IMG/VR virus record: IMGVR_UViG_3300049043_000067
Span: 269-64,268 of that record
Strand: one strand, 5' to 3'
DNA length: 64,000 nt
Source: a virus
Lineage: Duplodnaviria; Caudoviricetes
A program made the translations under genes and the position numbers. Below are positions 55,531-64,000 of this stretch, one piece after another. The first letter of the stretch is position 1. Each line of letters opens with the position of its first letter. The notes under the pieces were generated by a model. The model was not told where the DNA came from and did not search any database. It saw nothing but the letters and a program-made list of their open reading frames with translations.

Positions 55531-56034
55531 CTAGCAGTGTATGTTACCGAACCCGCCGTGCTCGAACGCCGAGACGGGTATGGTCATCATGATCCCCTTG
55601 TCCTGAGGATCGTTGCGGTCAACGCGACCGCCAAAGAAAAACCCCGGCTTGAAGCCAGCCTCGCTCTTGTAAGGCGAACCCGGGTAAAAGATTTTGGGCA
55701 GGTCAAGCCACCTGACCTCGCCGTGGCAATCGCGAACGACAAGCCACACCTGCAGCCCCATCATTACGTGAATGGCCAGCACGCAGAACTTGTCGCAATC
55801 AATGAGCGCGCCACCGTATCGGCTCATCTTCTCCCACGACCAGTCATCCGCCCGGCACTTGACCTCGATCACGCCGATCACGCGCCGCGATCCGCGCTGG
55901 ATCATCACGTGATCAATGGCCGAGAACTTCTTCGGCACCTTCTCGTAGTCGTATCCCTTCTCGTCGGCGAACAGCCGGGCAACCTCGGCCTCGCGATCAA
56001 TATCAGCCTGCGTCTCGTATCCGTCCGACCTCAT
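55531..56034 (-). CDS. PD-(D/E)xK nuclease-family protein
   Basis: E..VA...ID.V......IEVKCR; GGR.DRNDPQD. Confidence 0.7.
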   Translation of the reverse strand: MRSDGYETQADIDREAEVARLFADEKGYDYEKVPKKFSAIDHVMIQRGSRRVIGVIEVKCRADDWSWEKMSRYGGALIDCDKFCVLAIHVMMGLQVWLVVRDCHGEVRWLDLPKIFYPGSPYKSEAGFKPGFFFGGRVDRNDPQDKGIMMTIPVSAFEHGGFGNIHC

Positions 56035-56465
56035 TAGCGCAGCTCCGTTTCGAACTGGTTAACCAGTTTCATGAATTTGTCCCGCGCAGACTGATTAACC
56101 TTAAGATCAGCCCGGCTGGTTATGTTCAGGTATCGGCGCAAGGCGGCGGCTGCGTGGTCTTCGCTCACGTCATCGGCCAGACCGTTGTTCAACAGCCAGA
56201 CCTGAAACTCCTGACGCGCGCACAGCATCGCCGCCATCGTCACCACCTTGCGGGCCTTGTCGGCTTCCGGGTTAGGAATTACAGACCCGTCATCGCCAGT
56301 GCGCACCATTGCCACAACGTACCGTGCGCCAACCCAGTCACGGAGCAGGCTTTCAGGCACGTCGTTGGGATGGATGCTCAGCTTGAGGACGTACCCGTTT
56401 TTGTCTTGCGTGATGCTGAGCTTGACGGCTTCGAAATTGACGGCGTCATCGCTGGGGTTTGGCAC
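56034..56465 (-). CDS. conserved hypothetical protein
   Basis: 143 aa; FQ.WL...LRRYLNITSRADL..N..AR motif. Confidence 0.65.
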   Translation of the reverse strand: MPNPSDDAVNFEAVKLSITQDKNGYVLKLSIHPNDVPESLLRDWVGARYVVAMVRTGDDGSVIPNPEADKARKVVTMAAMLCARQEFQVWLLNNGLADDVSEDHAAAALRRYLNITSRADLKVNQSARDKFMKLVNQFETELR

Positions 56466-56589
56466 TCCTGTATCTCCTTCTCAATGAGCGCGGCTGTGCG
56501 CTTCAGTATGTTGTTGGCCCTGTTTGCAATCTCTGCGTCGAGTGGTGCGAGCTTGTCGCGACGATCACCAACCAGCCACATGACAGTCT

Positions 56590-56943
56590 TCAGGTGCTCT
56601 TTGACTTCTTCCAGTCTCTGTAAGTTGTCTCTGCCCATTTGATTGCGTCTATCCCCCTGAGCGACCACCACAGCATCTCATCTATGCCACCCTGATGCAG
56701 GTCCATATGGCAGCGGTGGCACAGTGGCACCGCCCACTTGTCGCTGCTCTTCAGTCCCATACCCTTCTCACCCACCCGCTGAATGTGATGCGCTGATGGG
56801 TAAGGGCTCCGACACGCGAGGCACGGAGAACTCCTCACGTGCCGGAGATACGCAGGCTCAGATCGCTCCGAGCCCGCCTTGTTAGAACGGGATCTCGTCA
56901 GACGAGCCACCGCCAGCTCCCTGTCTCGGGGTGTCAGCCTCAA
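56590..56943 (-). CDS. DUF968-like (HNH-fold) protein
   Basis: YLRHVR..PCLAC...AHH...GMGLK.SD.WAVPLCHRCH..LH; start uncertain. Confidence 0.75.
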   Translation of the reverse strand: MRLTPRDRELAVARLTRSRSNKAGSERSEPAYLRHVRSSPCLACRSPYPSAHHIQRVGEKGMGLKSSDKWAVPLCHRCHMDLHQGGIDEMLWWSLRGIDAIKWAETTYRDWKKSKST

Positions 56944-57157
56944 CCTTCAGGCTCAGGAACTTATTGCCGTTGTTTGAGGTCTTGCTCCACGCGACGACAC
57001 GCACCTTTGCGGGCTGCTTGCCGTTGACCAGACCGGCCAGATGCCGGACCAGTTCAGGCGACAGGACGATGTCACCGCGCAAGTCTGGGGCCTTGTCGCT
57101 GGTCTTCTTGTTGTTGGTAAACAGTGCGCCCGAGTCGGGCCTCGTTTCGAAAGCCAT
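56882..57157 (-). CDS. small single-stranded DNA-binding protein
   Basis: GALF.N..K....PD..G...AW.K......FLSL and acidic DEIPF C-terminal tail. Confidence 0.75.
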   Translation of the reverse strand: MAFETRPDSGALFTNNKKTSDKAPDLRGDIVLSPELVRHLAGLVNGKQPAKVRVVAWSKTSNNGNKFLSLKVEADTPRQGAGGGSSDEIPF

Positions 57158-57858
57158 AGTCTCTCCTCCTTCAGTTCTGCCTCGCGGCGGGTAAACAGTT
57201 CCTTGATTTCGTTGAACGATTTCTCGTTCGACTTCTTCAGGTCGGCGAACGCTGCGCTGTTCGCTGTCCAGAATTTCATAAGGTCATCGACCGTGCTGCA
57301 CTCAGGCAGGAAGGTCTTGACCACCTCGACAAACAACGGCTCGCTGCCGCTCTTGCCGGGCACCTCAACGACAGCGTCGCCAGCCTGCGTGGGGATGGCA
57401 ACCTCGACGGTCTCCTTCACGGGCTCCTTAGGCACGACCTTCAGGTGCTCGCGCTTCGCCTCGGCGATGTCGATCTCGTTGGCCGATGCGTATTCACCGC
57501 CGTGCAGACCGAGTGCCGCCAGCGCGCGACCGATTGCCGATGTCTCGGCGTTCTCGATGGCGCTGGTCTGGTTCACGTAAGACTTGCTCCGCCATTCCTC
57601 GGCGTGACCTGTCGCGACAATGCTGCCTTCGCCGTTGCGGATGACAGCCTTGACCAGCACAGGCTCGTCGGCACTGTTCGGGTTATAATTCACCAGCTCG
57701 GTGGTGATCCGGTAGTAGTCGCCAGACACACGACGCAGCGCCTCGATGCGGTCGGCCACCACCGTGTAGAGCTTGCCGCCCTTCTGCTTGATGCCGCGCT
57801 TTTCCTTCAGGCTCTGGATCATGTCCAGCATCTGGTTGATGTTTTCCGTGTTACTCAT
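56953..57858 (-). CDS. single-strand annealing protein-like recombinase (true end probably near 57160)
   Basis: GKLY..VADRI...ATGHAEE.R...VN.TSAIENAETSAIGRALAALG..G.EYASA.E; lies between the exonuclease and SSB genes. Confidence 0.65.
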   Translation of the reverse strand: MSNTENINQMLDMIQSLKEKRGIKQKGGKLYTVVADRIEALRRVSGDYYRITTELVNYNPNSADEPVLVKAVIRNGEGSIVATGHAEEWRSKSYVNQTSAIENAETSAIGRALAALGLHGGEYASANEIDIAEAKREHLKVVPKEPVKETVEVAIPTQAGDAVVEVPGKSGSEPLFVEVVKTFLPECSTVDDLMKFWTANSAAFADLKKSNEKSFNEIKELFTRREAELKEERLWLSKRGPTRAHCLPTTRRPATRPQTCAVTSSCRLNWSGIWPVWSTASSPQRCVSSRGARPQTTAISS

Positions 57859-58064
57859 GCTCGGTCTCCTTTTAGGGCAAGGTTTGCAATCTCAACGCAC
57901 GTGCCCGCCGTGTGTTTGCCGCTAGCGATGTTAGTCAGCGCCGCGCGCAGGCGCTCGATCTCGTGCGCAGCTTCCAAAATTGCGTTAGCGAGACCGTCGC
58001 GACCCTCTTGACGCTGTTGCCACGCTAGAATTTTTGTCCGCTCAGCGATTTCGCTGAAGAGCAC
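57855..58064 (-). CDS. small hypothetical protein
   Basis: EAAHEIERLRAAL motif; ATGA coupling to the next gene. Confidence 0.5.
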   Translation of the reverse strand: MLFSEIAERTKILAWQQRQEGRDGLANAILEAAHEIERLRAALTNIASGKHTAGTCVEIANLALKGDRA

Positions 58065-58078
58065 CGACTTGATCCACC

Positions 58079-58459
58079 CTATAATTCCTCTTCGCCGGAG
58101 CCGTTGCCGTAGCCGTAGCCGTCGCCGTAGCCGGAGCCGTTGCCGTCGCCGTAGCCGTTGCCGCTGCCGTCGCCGTCGCCGTAGCCGTAGCCGTCGCCGT
58201 AGCCGGAGCCGGAGCCGTTGCCGTCGCCGTCGCCGTCGCCGTTGCCGTCGCGCCGTAGCCGGAGCCGGAGCCGTAGCCGGAGCCGGAGCCGTTGCCGTCG
58301 CCGTAGCCGGAGCCGAAGCCGGAGCCGTAGCCGGAGCCGAAGCCGAGAGCCGTAGCCGGAGCCGAAGCCGGAGCCGGAGCCGGAGCCGAAGCCGTTGCCG
58401 TCGCCGTCGCCGTAGCCGGAGCCGAAGCCGGAGCCGGAGCCGTCGCTTAGTGTGCCCAT
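58079..58459 (-). CDS. Gly-X repeat protein (G-S/D/Y/N/F)n, with compensating indels
   Basis: Tandem GGC-NNN hexamers; the central RLRLR stretch is the same repeat read out of frame. Confidence 0.75.
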   Translation of the reverse strand: MGTLSDGSGSGFGSGYGDGDGNGFGSGSGSGFGSGYGSRLRLRLRLRLRLRLRRRQRLRLRLRLRLRLRRDGNGDGDGDGNGSGSGYGDGYGYGDGDGSGNGYGDGNGSGYGDGYGYGNGSGEEEL

Positions 58460-58729
58460 TTCGCGGCCTCGATAGAGGCGACTGCCTCAGGGGTGCAGTC
58501 GATAATTTCGATTGCTTCCGTCAGAGTGATTGAGACGGGCACCGCGACGCGGGACTTTTTATCGTCAAAACCGCTCGTTGCGATCTCGCTGAGGGTGTTG
58601 GCTCCCGACCACGACCAGATCCGCCGCGAGCGGACAAGATCGACCTCGCGCCCTTCGCGGCGGACGCAGGTATCCGAAATGGACACCAGCGGAATACGTT
58701 CTGACGATTACTGCTTTGTGGTCAGTCAT
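58447..58729 (-). CDS. DUF6948-like Sm-fold protein (frameshift near 58668)
   Basis: VIVRTYSAGVHFG...RRIWSW.GA.TLSEIA..G...LTEAIEIIDC...A..SI. Confidence 0.75.
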
Positions 58730-58733
58730 TGGT

Positions 58734-59073
58734 TCAGTCTCCTGTGAAAGTTGGTCTGCTGTTTTCAGTTACCGAGGATTCCTCGGCAGCTGGGGCTTGA
58801 CAGTCATGCTGCGTCCAATCCTTTAAAAGTTGGTCACGGGTTTTTCTCCCGCTTTCTCTCTCAGCCTGCATCCCGTTTTCCAGCCCGGTCAGATAAACGG
58901 ACAGGATAGCTTCGTGGAACGCACAGCCTGTGTTGCTTGCCCTCGTAAACACATCGAAGGCAAGGTTTCCCAAATGCTCCTTCATGCCGTCTGGCATGGC
59001 CACGCGGTCGAAGCCGTCAGGGCTTCATGCCCCGGCGCATGAGTTGCCAATCAACTATGTGTTTGTGGGCCAT
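58734..59073 (-). CDS. hypothetical protein (possible frameshift)
   Basis: Extended RBS before the ATG at 59073; ORF 58734..59003. Confidence 0.45.
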
Positions 59074-59499
59074 ACCTCCCCCTCCTCCTCGCCGCTGGCC
59101 GCTGCCGTCGCCAATCTTATTGACCATTAGTTGAGATCGCCACATCCGGCGGGATCAACGGCAAGAACATAGCCCTCCCACGCTCGGGCATCACCCTCGG
59201 CCCTTTTGAATGACCGATAGACGCCGACCGCCATATCATGTCCATTCCTGTCTTTGCAGATCACGACAAATCGCATAACTGATGCCTCCCTCCTCCGCTG
59301 CCGTCACTAACGACCGTTATCTCGGTCACTGTTGTCGTTACTGCCTAAACCAATGGCCCGCCGGACTATTGCCAGCGTGTTGCGCTCGCTGCGCCGGTCA
59401 CTCGGGGACCGGCTCAGTGTCAGCACCATCGACCGACCCGTCGCCGGATCACGTCACCCTGACCACCGCGTGCTTGTTTTCCCTTAGAACTTCGACGCT

Positions 59500-60296
59500 T
59501 AGGTTTAGGTCCGTCAGGAACCTCAGTCGCTTCTTTTCCATCCTGCTCCTCCTTAAAGCGCGCCCACTGCGCGCAGGTAATCCTGCACGTCGCAGTAGTT
59601 CCTGCAACGGATCGGGTCCCCATCCCTGAGCCAGCGATCCTCATCGCTGCACTCAGGTCATTCTTCGTCCATATGAAGGGCGGACGACGCCTGCATCAGG
59701 CCCATCACCCGCTCCTCGACCCAGCGCGTCTGGTCCTCGTAGGACCACACAGGGATCTCGGCCATCACCACCGGTGCCGGTGGGTAGACCTTGCGACGCG
59801 TCACGTCAGTGAGCCGCCAGTCCCTCAGGATGGCGCAGACATGCAGGCTCTCGACCTCCAGCCCCTTCTCCTTGCGGAGCAGGTCGGCGTAGGCATTGAG
59901 CTGCTGTTCCCACTCCGGCTTCGGTCGGCTGACCGAATAGACCGACGTGAACTTGTAGTCGATGATCCCGACCTTGCCGTTCTGGTGACGTTGCAGGTCG
60001 ATCTGACCTGAGATGCGCATGCCGTGGACCTCGGTGTGGATCCGCTCCTCGACGACGTGATCCTCGGCGGTCGCGCCTTCGAGGATCTTGTGAATGTTCG
60101 AGCCCATCAGGGCCCAGAACCTGTCGCTCAGGTCCTCCTTCGCCGCGATGGCCTCGGCATGCTCAGACCGCAGCACCGCGATTTTCGCGGGGCTAACGAG
60201 TTGTGTTACACTCCAGTGGCTCGCGCCTTTGGAGTATTGCTGACGCCCAAACAGGGCGACGAAGGGTGCCGGGAGATTGTGTCTGTTGCTGATCAT
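59500..60296 (-). CDS. PD-(D/E)xK (Cas4-like) exonuclease (frameshift near 59660)
   Basis: SVTQL, G..IH..LE, ISGQIDL, IIDYK, QLNAY; C-terminal RC..YC....C in the shifted frame; 3' end approximate. Confidence 0.8.
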
Positions 60297-60302
60297 GCGG
60301 AC

Positions 60303-60331
60303 AGGTTATTGAAGGACATTCCGAATGTCAA
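60303..60331 (-). promoter_or_regulatory. promoter of the recombination operon (leaderless) with a palindromic operator
   Basis: TTGACA-17bp-TAACCT, then 6 nt, then the ATG at 60296; palindrome GACATTC-c-GAATGTC at 60315-60329. Confidence 0.7.
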
Positions 60332-60385
60332 CTGAGTCGGGCAGAATTATTTCAGGCCGCACAAGGCGCCGGTGGTGTCAGGCTG

Positions 60386-60784
60386 GTGATATTTGGGGAG
60401 CCAGCCAGCAAGGCGAACAGCCGGATCGTGCGGGTCATTCGCGGGCGGGTGCTGAATATCAAGAGCCAGAAGGCTCAGGGATACAAGGCCCAGTTCCTGA
60501 AGCAGTGCCCGGTTATTGATCCGATGTTAACCGGTGACCTGTCGGTAACTATCAGCATATACTACGCATCACGCAGGCCTGATTTGGACCCGAGCCTGAT
60601 ACTGGATCTTATGCAGGAGAGGATTTACCTGAATGACCGGCAAGTCAAAGAGCAGCACCTCTACTGGGGCCTCGACCCGGAGAACCCGCGCGCCGAAATT
60701 CTTGTCGAACAAAGAGCTGAAGCAGCACTACCGAAAGAAATACGCGGAGCGAAAGGTCGAGGAAAAGCGCGCGCTACTGGCTAG
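60386..60784 (+). CDS. rusA: RusA-like Holliday junction resolvase
   Basis: GEPASKANSR...RRPDLD...ILD.MQ..IYLNDRQV......DPENPRAEI. Confidence 0.8.
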   Translation: MIFGEPASKANSRIVRVIRGRVLNIKSQKAQGYKAQFLKQCPVIDPMLTGDLSVTISIYYASRRPDLDPSLILDLMQERIYLNDRQVKEQHLYWGLDPENPRAEILVEQRAEAALPKEIRGAKGRGKARATG

Positions 60785-61013
60785 CGTGCTTATTCAGGCG
60801 ATCAAGGACGCGGGATGGGGCGGTGTCCGGGAACGCAACGACGTCATCAGGTGGCTGTCGAAGATAGACGACTTCCGCCGCATCGTTGAGCCGCTCGGCC
60901 TCAATGCCGAGGATGTCCGCATGCAAATAGCTAATTTGTTCAGGGTCTCACCGGCGCTGTCGGTGCATTACGCACAGCAACTGATCGCTCGGATAAAGAA
61001 AAATATCGGGTAG
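60633..61013 (+). CDS. hypothetical protein
   Basis: L..SVL.QAIKDA...WL...DF..I....G motif; start uncertain. Confidence 0.55.
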   Translation: MTGKSKSSTSTGASTRRTRAPKFLSNKELKQHYRKKYAERKVEEKRALLASVLIQAIKDAGWGGVRERNDVIRWLSKIDDFRRIVEPLGLNAEDVRMQIANLFRVSPALSVHYAQQLIARIKKNIG

Positions 61014-61107
61014 GCATGCCACCGTCAAACAGCACACCCACCCGATAAGTTGCCGTTACCACAACGGACGGAGGAGACTACACATGATCACGGTTGGTTA
61101 GGCCGTG
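60995..61107 (-). ncRNA. candidate ~110-nt sRNA with an anti-SD/anti-AUG seed
   Basis: Upstream promoter; seed UCAUGUGUAGUCUCCUCC (61087-61070); terminal 17-bp hairpin (61047-61004, five G-U pairs on this strand) followed by UUUUUCUUU. Confidence 0.5.
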
Positions 61108-61112
61108 GTATT

Positions 61113-61141
61113 TACATACCATCGAGCCGGTAGTACCGCAA
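61113..61141 (-). promoter_or_regulatory. promoter for the candidate sRNA
   Basis: TTGCGG-17bp-TATGTA with an extended -10 TG. Confidence 0.45.
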
Positions 61142-61386
61142 CAGGGCAAGCAGCTCGTTAACTGACTCTTTCTTGAATTTGTTTTTTGTTAAGCATGATC
61201 CAGTCCCGGCTCGGAATGCCGTTGGATCTTTCCACGCTTACCGTCGCTGATCCCGAGCTGATCGTCGTAGAACATCACAGCTTCTACAGGGCCGTAGATT
61301 TCAGATCTTTCTGACGTATGGTTTACACGCTGGTACAAGGCCCGACGAGTTAGGCTTCAGCATCTCAAGACAATCCTGTTCCCGAC

Positions 61387-61468
61387 GCTGTTCTCAGCGC
61401 TGTGCTCAGCAGATGCTTCGCTTGTGGCGAAGCATCGACAGCCAACCGACAGCCAAACCGACAGCCAA
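61387..61468. repeat. cluster of direct repeats and palindromes (candidate origin)
   Basis: GCTGT(T/G)CTCAGC x2 (61387, 61399); 10-bp inverted repeat at 61412-61436; CGACAGCCAA x3 (61436, 61447, 61459). Confidence 0.7.
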
Positions 61469-61494
61469 AAAAAGAGCGCAGCCCCGAAGCTGCG
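61467..61494 (-). terminator. intrinsic terminator
   Basis: CGCAGCT-tcgg-GGCTGCG-ctc-TTTTTTT on the minus strand. Confidence 0.7.
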
Positions 61495-61960
61495 TTTCTT
61501 CAGACCAGAGGTCTTCGGAAAACTTGCCTTCTCTGTACGCATTTCACAGAACAGCCAGTGTAATCTGCAGATAGATCCGAGGGACAGAGCAGACACACTC
61601 CCCCTTCCGGAGAAGCGTGTCAGCGTGACCTGCAGATGAGTCGTCGGTCCGTCGCTTTAACACAATCACACAAGGATTTAAGGGGCGGTCACCCTGCCCC
61701 GCAGTACGGTCTCCGGCTTTTCCTGCTCACGTCTGACGGTGCACCCGGGTACCGTGTGATTAGCATCCCAGATGGCTACCCGGGCTGTACGGGTTCTTTT
61801 TTCAGGCGTTGCCGTCCGGAAGTCCGAGCCCTCAGGCCCTCGACCGGCCGGGTTTCCCGGGGGTTGTCGGCTATGACGTGTCGCAGCAAGACCCTGCCGC
61901 GCCACCACAGTCCGTCCCGTTTCTCACAGATCCGGCGGCCAGTCAACTGTTTCAGATGAA
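61467..61960 (-). ncRNA. candidate ~490-nt structured non-coding RNA
   Basis: No credible ORF; stems with GNRA loops and minus-strand G-U pairs (e.g. GACACGCUUCUCC-ggaa-GGGGGAGUGUGUC); ends in a terminator; 5' end approximate. Confidence 0.55.
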
Positions 61961-62033
61961 ACAGTTTCAGTTGTAACTAAATTTCACAAGCATTTATGTG
62001 GTAACGGGATGTTAGCTGGTCCTCGTTACTCTG

Positions 62034-62062
62034 TTGACATCCGGTAGCCGCACGGCAAGATT
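62034..62062 (+). promoter_or_regulatory. promoter of the primase-helicase gene
   Basis: TTGACA-17bp-AAGATT. Confidence 0.45.
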
Positions 62063-62114
62063 GCCCTTGCCTGTTGCCGCTGTTCGCCCCAGTATCAGGA
62101 CCCCGCAGGAACAC

Positions 62115-63810
62115 GTGATCCCGTCAGAAATCTCCCGTCTTGTCCCCCATTCCGTCGGCCAGTGGCGTGCCGCCGTGTGCCCGTGGTGTGCCAAGACCCG
62201 GAGCCCGAGGCACCGCCGGGTCCCGACCCTGAGCGTGGTCAGGAACCCGGACGAATCGGTGGGGTGGCATTGCAATCACTGCGGCGAGAAGGAAGAGGCG
62301 AGATGTTTCAGGAAGAGGTTACGGTTAAGCCTGTGCCCCGCAGCCAGCGTCAGGAACGAACGGATCAGGCGCTATCGTTTCTGGGGCAGCGCGGTATCTC
62401 CGAGCCCGTCGCAAAGAAGTACGGATGCTATCAGGTCAGCCGGTATTTCACAGGATCCGGACGTGAAGAACCGGCGGTGGCGTTCCCCGTCCTGTACAAG
62501 GGGGCCGAGGCCAGCGTTAAGTACCGGGCGGTATCGGGTAAGCACTTCGCCGCGTCTGGTTCGCCGCCCGTTCTGTTTCGGCCTGAACCTGCATGACCCC
62601 AGCAACAAGACCGTGATCATCTCTGAAGGTGAGATCGACGCGCTGTCGTGGGCCGAGGCAGGTGTCAGCAACAGCTTCTCGGTACCGACAGGGGCATCCG
62701 TGTCCGAGCAGGAGAAGGGCTGGCTGTGGCTGAGCCGCGAGGTCTTCGACCAGTCGGAGCGCATCATCCTCGCCCTCGACAACGACGAACCCGGGCAGGC
62801 CGCCGCCGAGGAGATCGCCCGGCGCATCGGCAAACACCGGGGTCTGGCGTGCGAATACCCGGACGGGTGCAAGGACGCGAACGACGTGCTCACCCGGCAC
62901 GGCAAGGACAGGCTGGTTAAAGTTTACGAGAGCGCCCAGCCGTGGCCCGTGACCGGGCTCTACGACACGAACCACTACACCCAACAGGTCTACGACCTGA
63001 TCGAGAAGGGCGACGACGCCGGGCTCAGCACCGGCCTGACCGGCATAGATGAGATCTATCGGGTAGGCACGGGACAGCTAGTTATGGTTACCGGCATCCC
63101 CGGCTCAGGCAAGAGTCGAGTTCATCGACCAGTTGCTGGTCAACCTCGCCGAGCAGAACGGATGGAAGGCCGCGCTTTGCTCGTTCGAGAACAGTCCGCC
63201 GGAGCACATCAGGAAGCTGGTCGAGAAGCGAGCGCGCGCCACCGCCCCGGCCGCGGCCGAGCTGGACAAGGTTATTGATTGGGTCGCTAAGCATTTCTTT
63301 TTCATCCGTTTCGATGACGGATCACCCGCAACCATCGAGGCAATCCTTGAGCGTGCCCGGGTGGCGGTGCTGCGGTATGGGATCCGGTCGCTGGTCATCG
63401 ACCCGTACAACTACATCACCCGCAATCAGGATGTCAGTGAGACTTTGTACGTATCTGATGCCCTGACCCTGTGTCGCCAGTTTGCGGCCGCCACCGAGTG
63501 CAACGTGTACTTTGTGGCTCACCCGCAGAAGATGGCAAGATCTAACGGATTATCCTATCCGACACCGACAGGTTATGATATATCAGGATCGGCTGCGTGG
63601 TTTGCAAAAGCTGACAGTGGGTTGACTGTCGGCCGGTCCGATGTGCCCGGGTTCTCTGTGGTTACTAGCTGGAAGTCTAGGCACAAGCGTCTCGGCAAGC
63701 TCGGCATTGCAAACGTCGCCTACGACGTCAAGACCGGGAGGTTCTCGGACGCCGATGAACTGCCACCGATAGTTGTAAACACGGATGATGACGATGGGTT
63801 CAACTTGTAG
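62115..63810 (+). CDS. primase-helicase (Zn finger + TOPRIM + DnaB-like; T7 gp4/Twinkle-like; frameshifted)
   Basis: CPWC...WHCNHC; ISEGEIDALS, LALDNDEPG, KDAND; TGIPGSGKS; VIDPYN; VAHP; YDISGSA.W..KAD. Confidence 0.92.
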
Positions 63811-63882
63811 GCCTTGCCGGGAATGTGGGGCAGATATAATTACGCGAGCTCAGGCAGGCTCGGTATTGCTCGGTTTCTTGCC

Positions 63883-64000
63883 AAAATAAGATGCGTTCTA
63901 CGGGTGAACCGCCAGAGGTGCGACCCAAAATCGAAGGTCAGGGAGGCTTCCTGCCCTGTGTGCGGCGGGGTTTTTGCGGGCCGCCAGAACCGGCAAGATT
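63883..64000 (+). CDS. partial ORF with a CxxC motif (runs off the window end)
   Basis: ...REASCPVCGGVFAGRQNRQD; could be the N-terminus of the nuclease at 1-177. Confidence 0.35.

Noticed and set aside
58079-58446. Tandem repeats as a CRISPR array, or an Arg/Ser-rich plus-strand protein
   Set aside because: These are 6-bp coding units without unique spacers; the RBS and context support the minus-strand Gly-X frame
59500-60296. Cas4-like nuclease as part of a CRISPR system
   Set aside because: No other cas genes or array; it sits with SSAP and SSB genes as a normal phage recombination exonuclease

Overview
The window is almost a whole ~64-kb tailed-phage genome, probably podovirus-like with large injected internal proteins. 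The host is likely an alphaproteobacterium, since a GcrA homolog is encoded. Frequent single-base indels split many conserved genes and look like long-read consensus errors. Layout: (i) a leftward early/accessory operon (~0.65-7.9 kb) with a DUF3150-like gene, a MoxR-type AAA ATPase and a vWA/metallopeptidase gene; (ii) a rightward packaging/structural arm (8-54 kb) with TerS, GcrA, TerL, portal, GroES, major capsid, HNH, holin/spanins, tail fibres, injected proteins, a giant polyvalent protein and an M15 endolysin; (iii) a leftward recombination operon (54-60.3 kb); (iv) RusA-like and primase-helicase genes at the right end. The most striking signal is at RNA level. Six consecutive junctions of the early operon (leader to the gene at 2486-3169) each hold an RNA element: three hammerhead ribozymes and three copies of an unrecognised covarying hairpin/switch motif. 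There are also two long structured RNAs sharing a 5' motif, two candidate anti-Shine-Dalgarno sRNAs complementary to this phage's own translation-initiation regions, and a compact pseudoknot in the groES leader. All structures were folded by eye and all family names come from motif recognition, not database searches.
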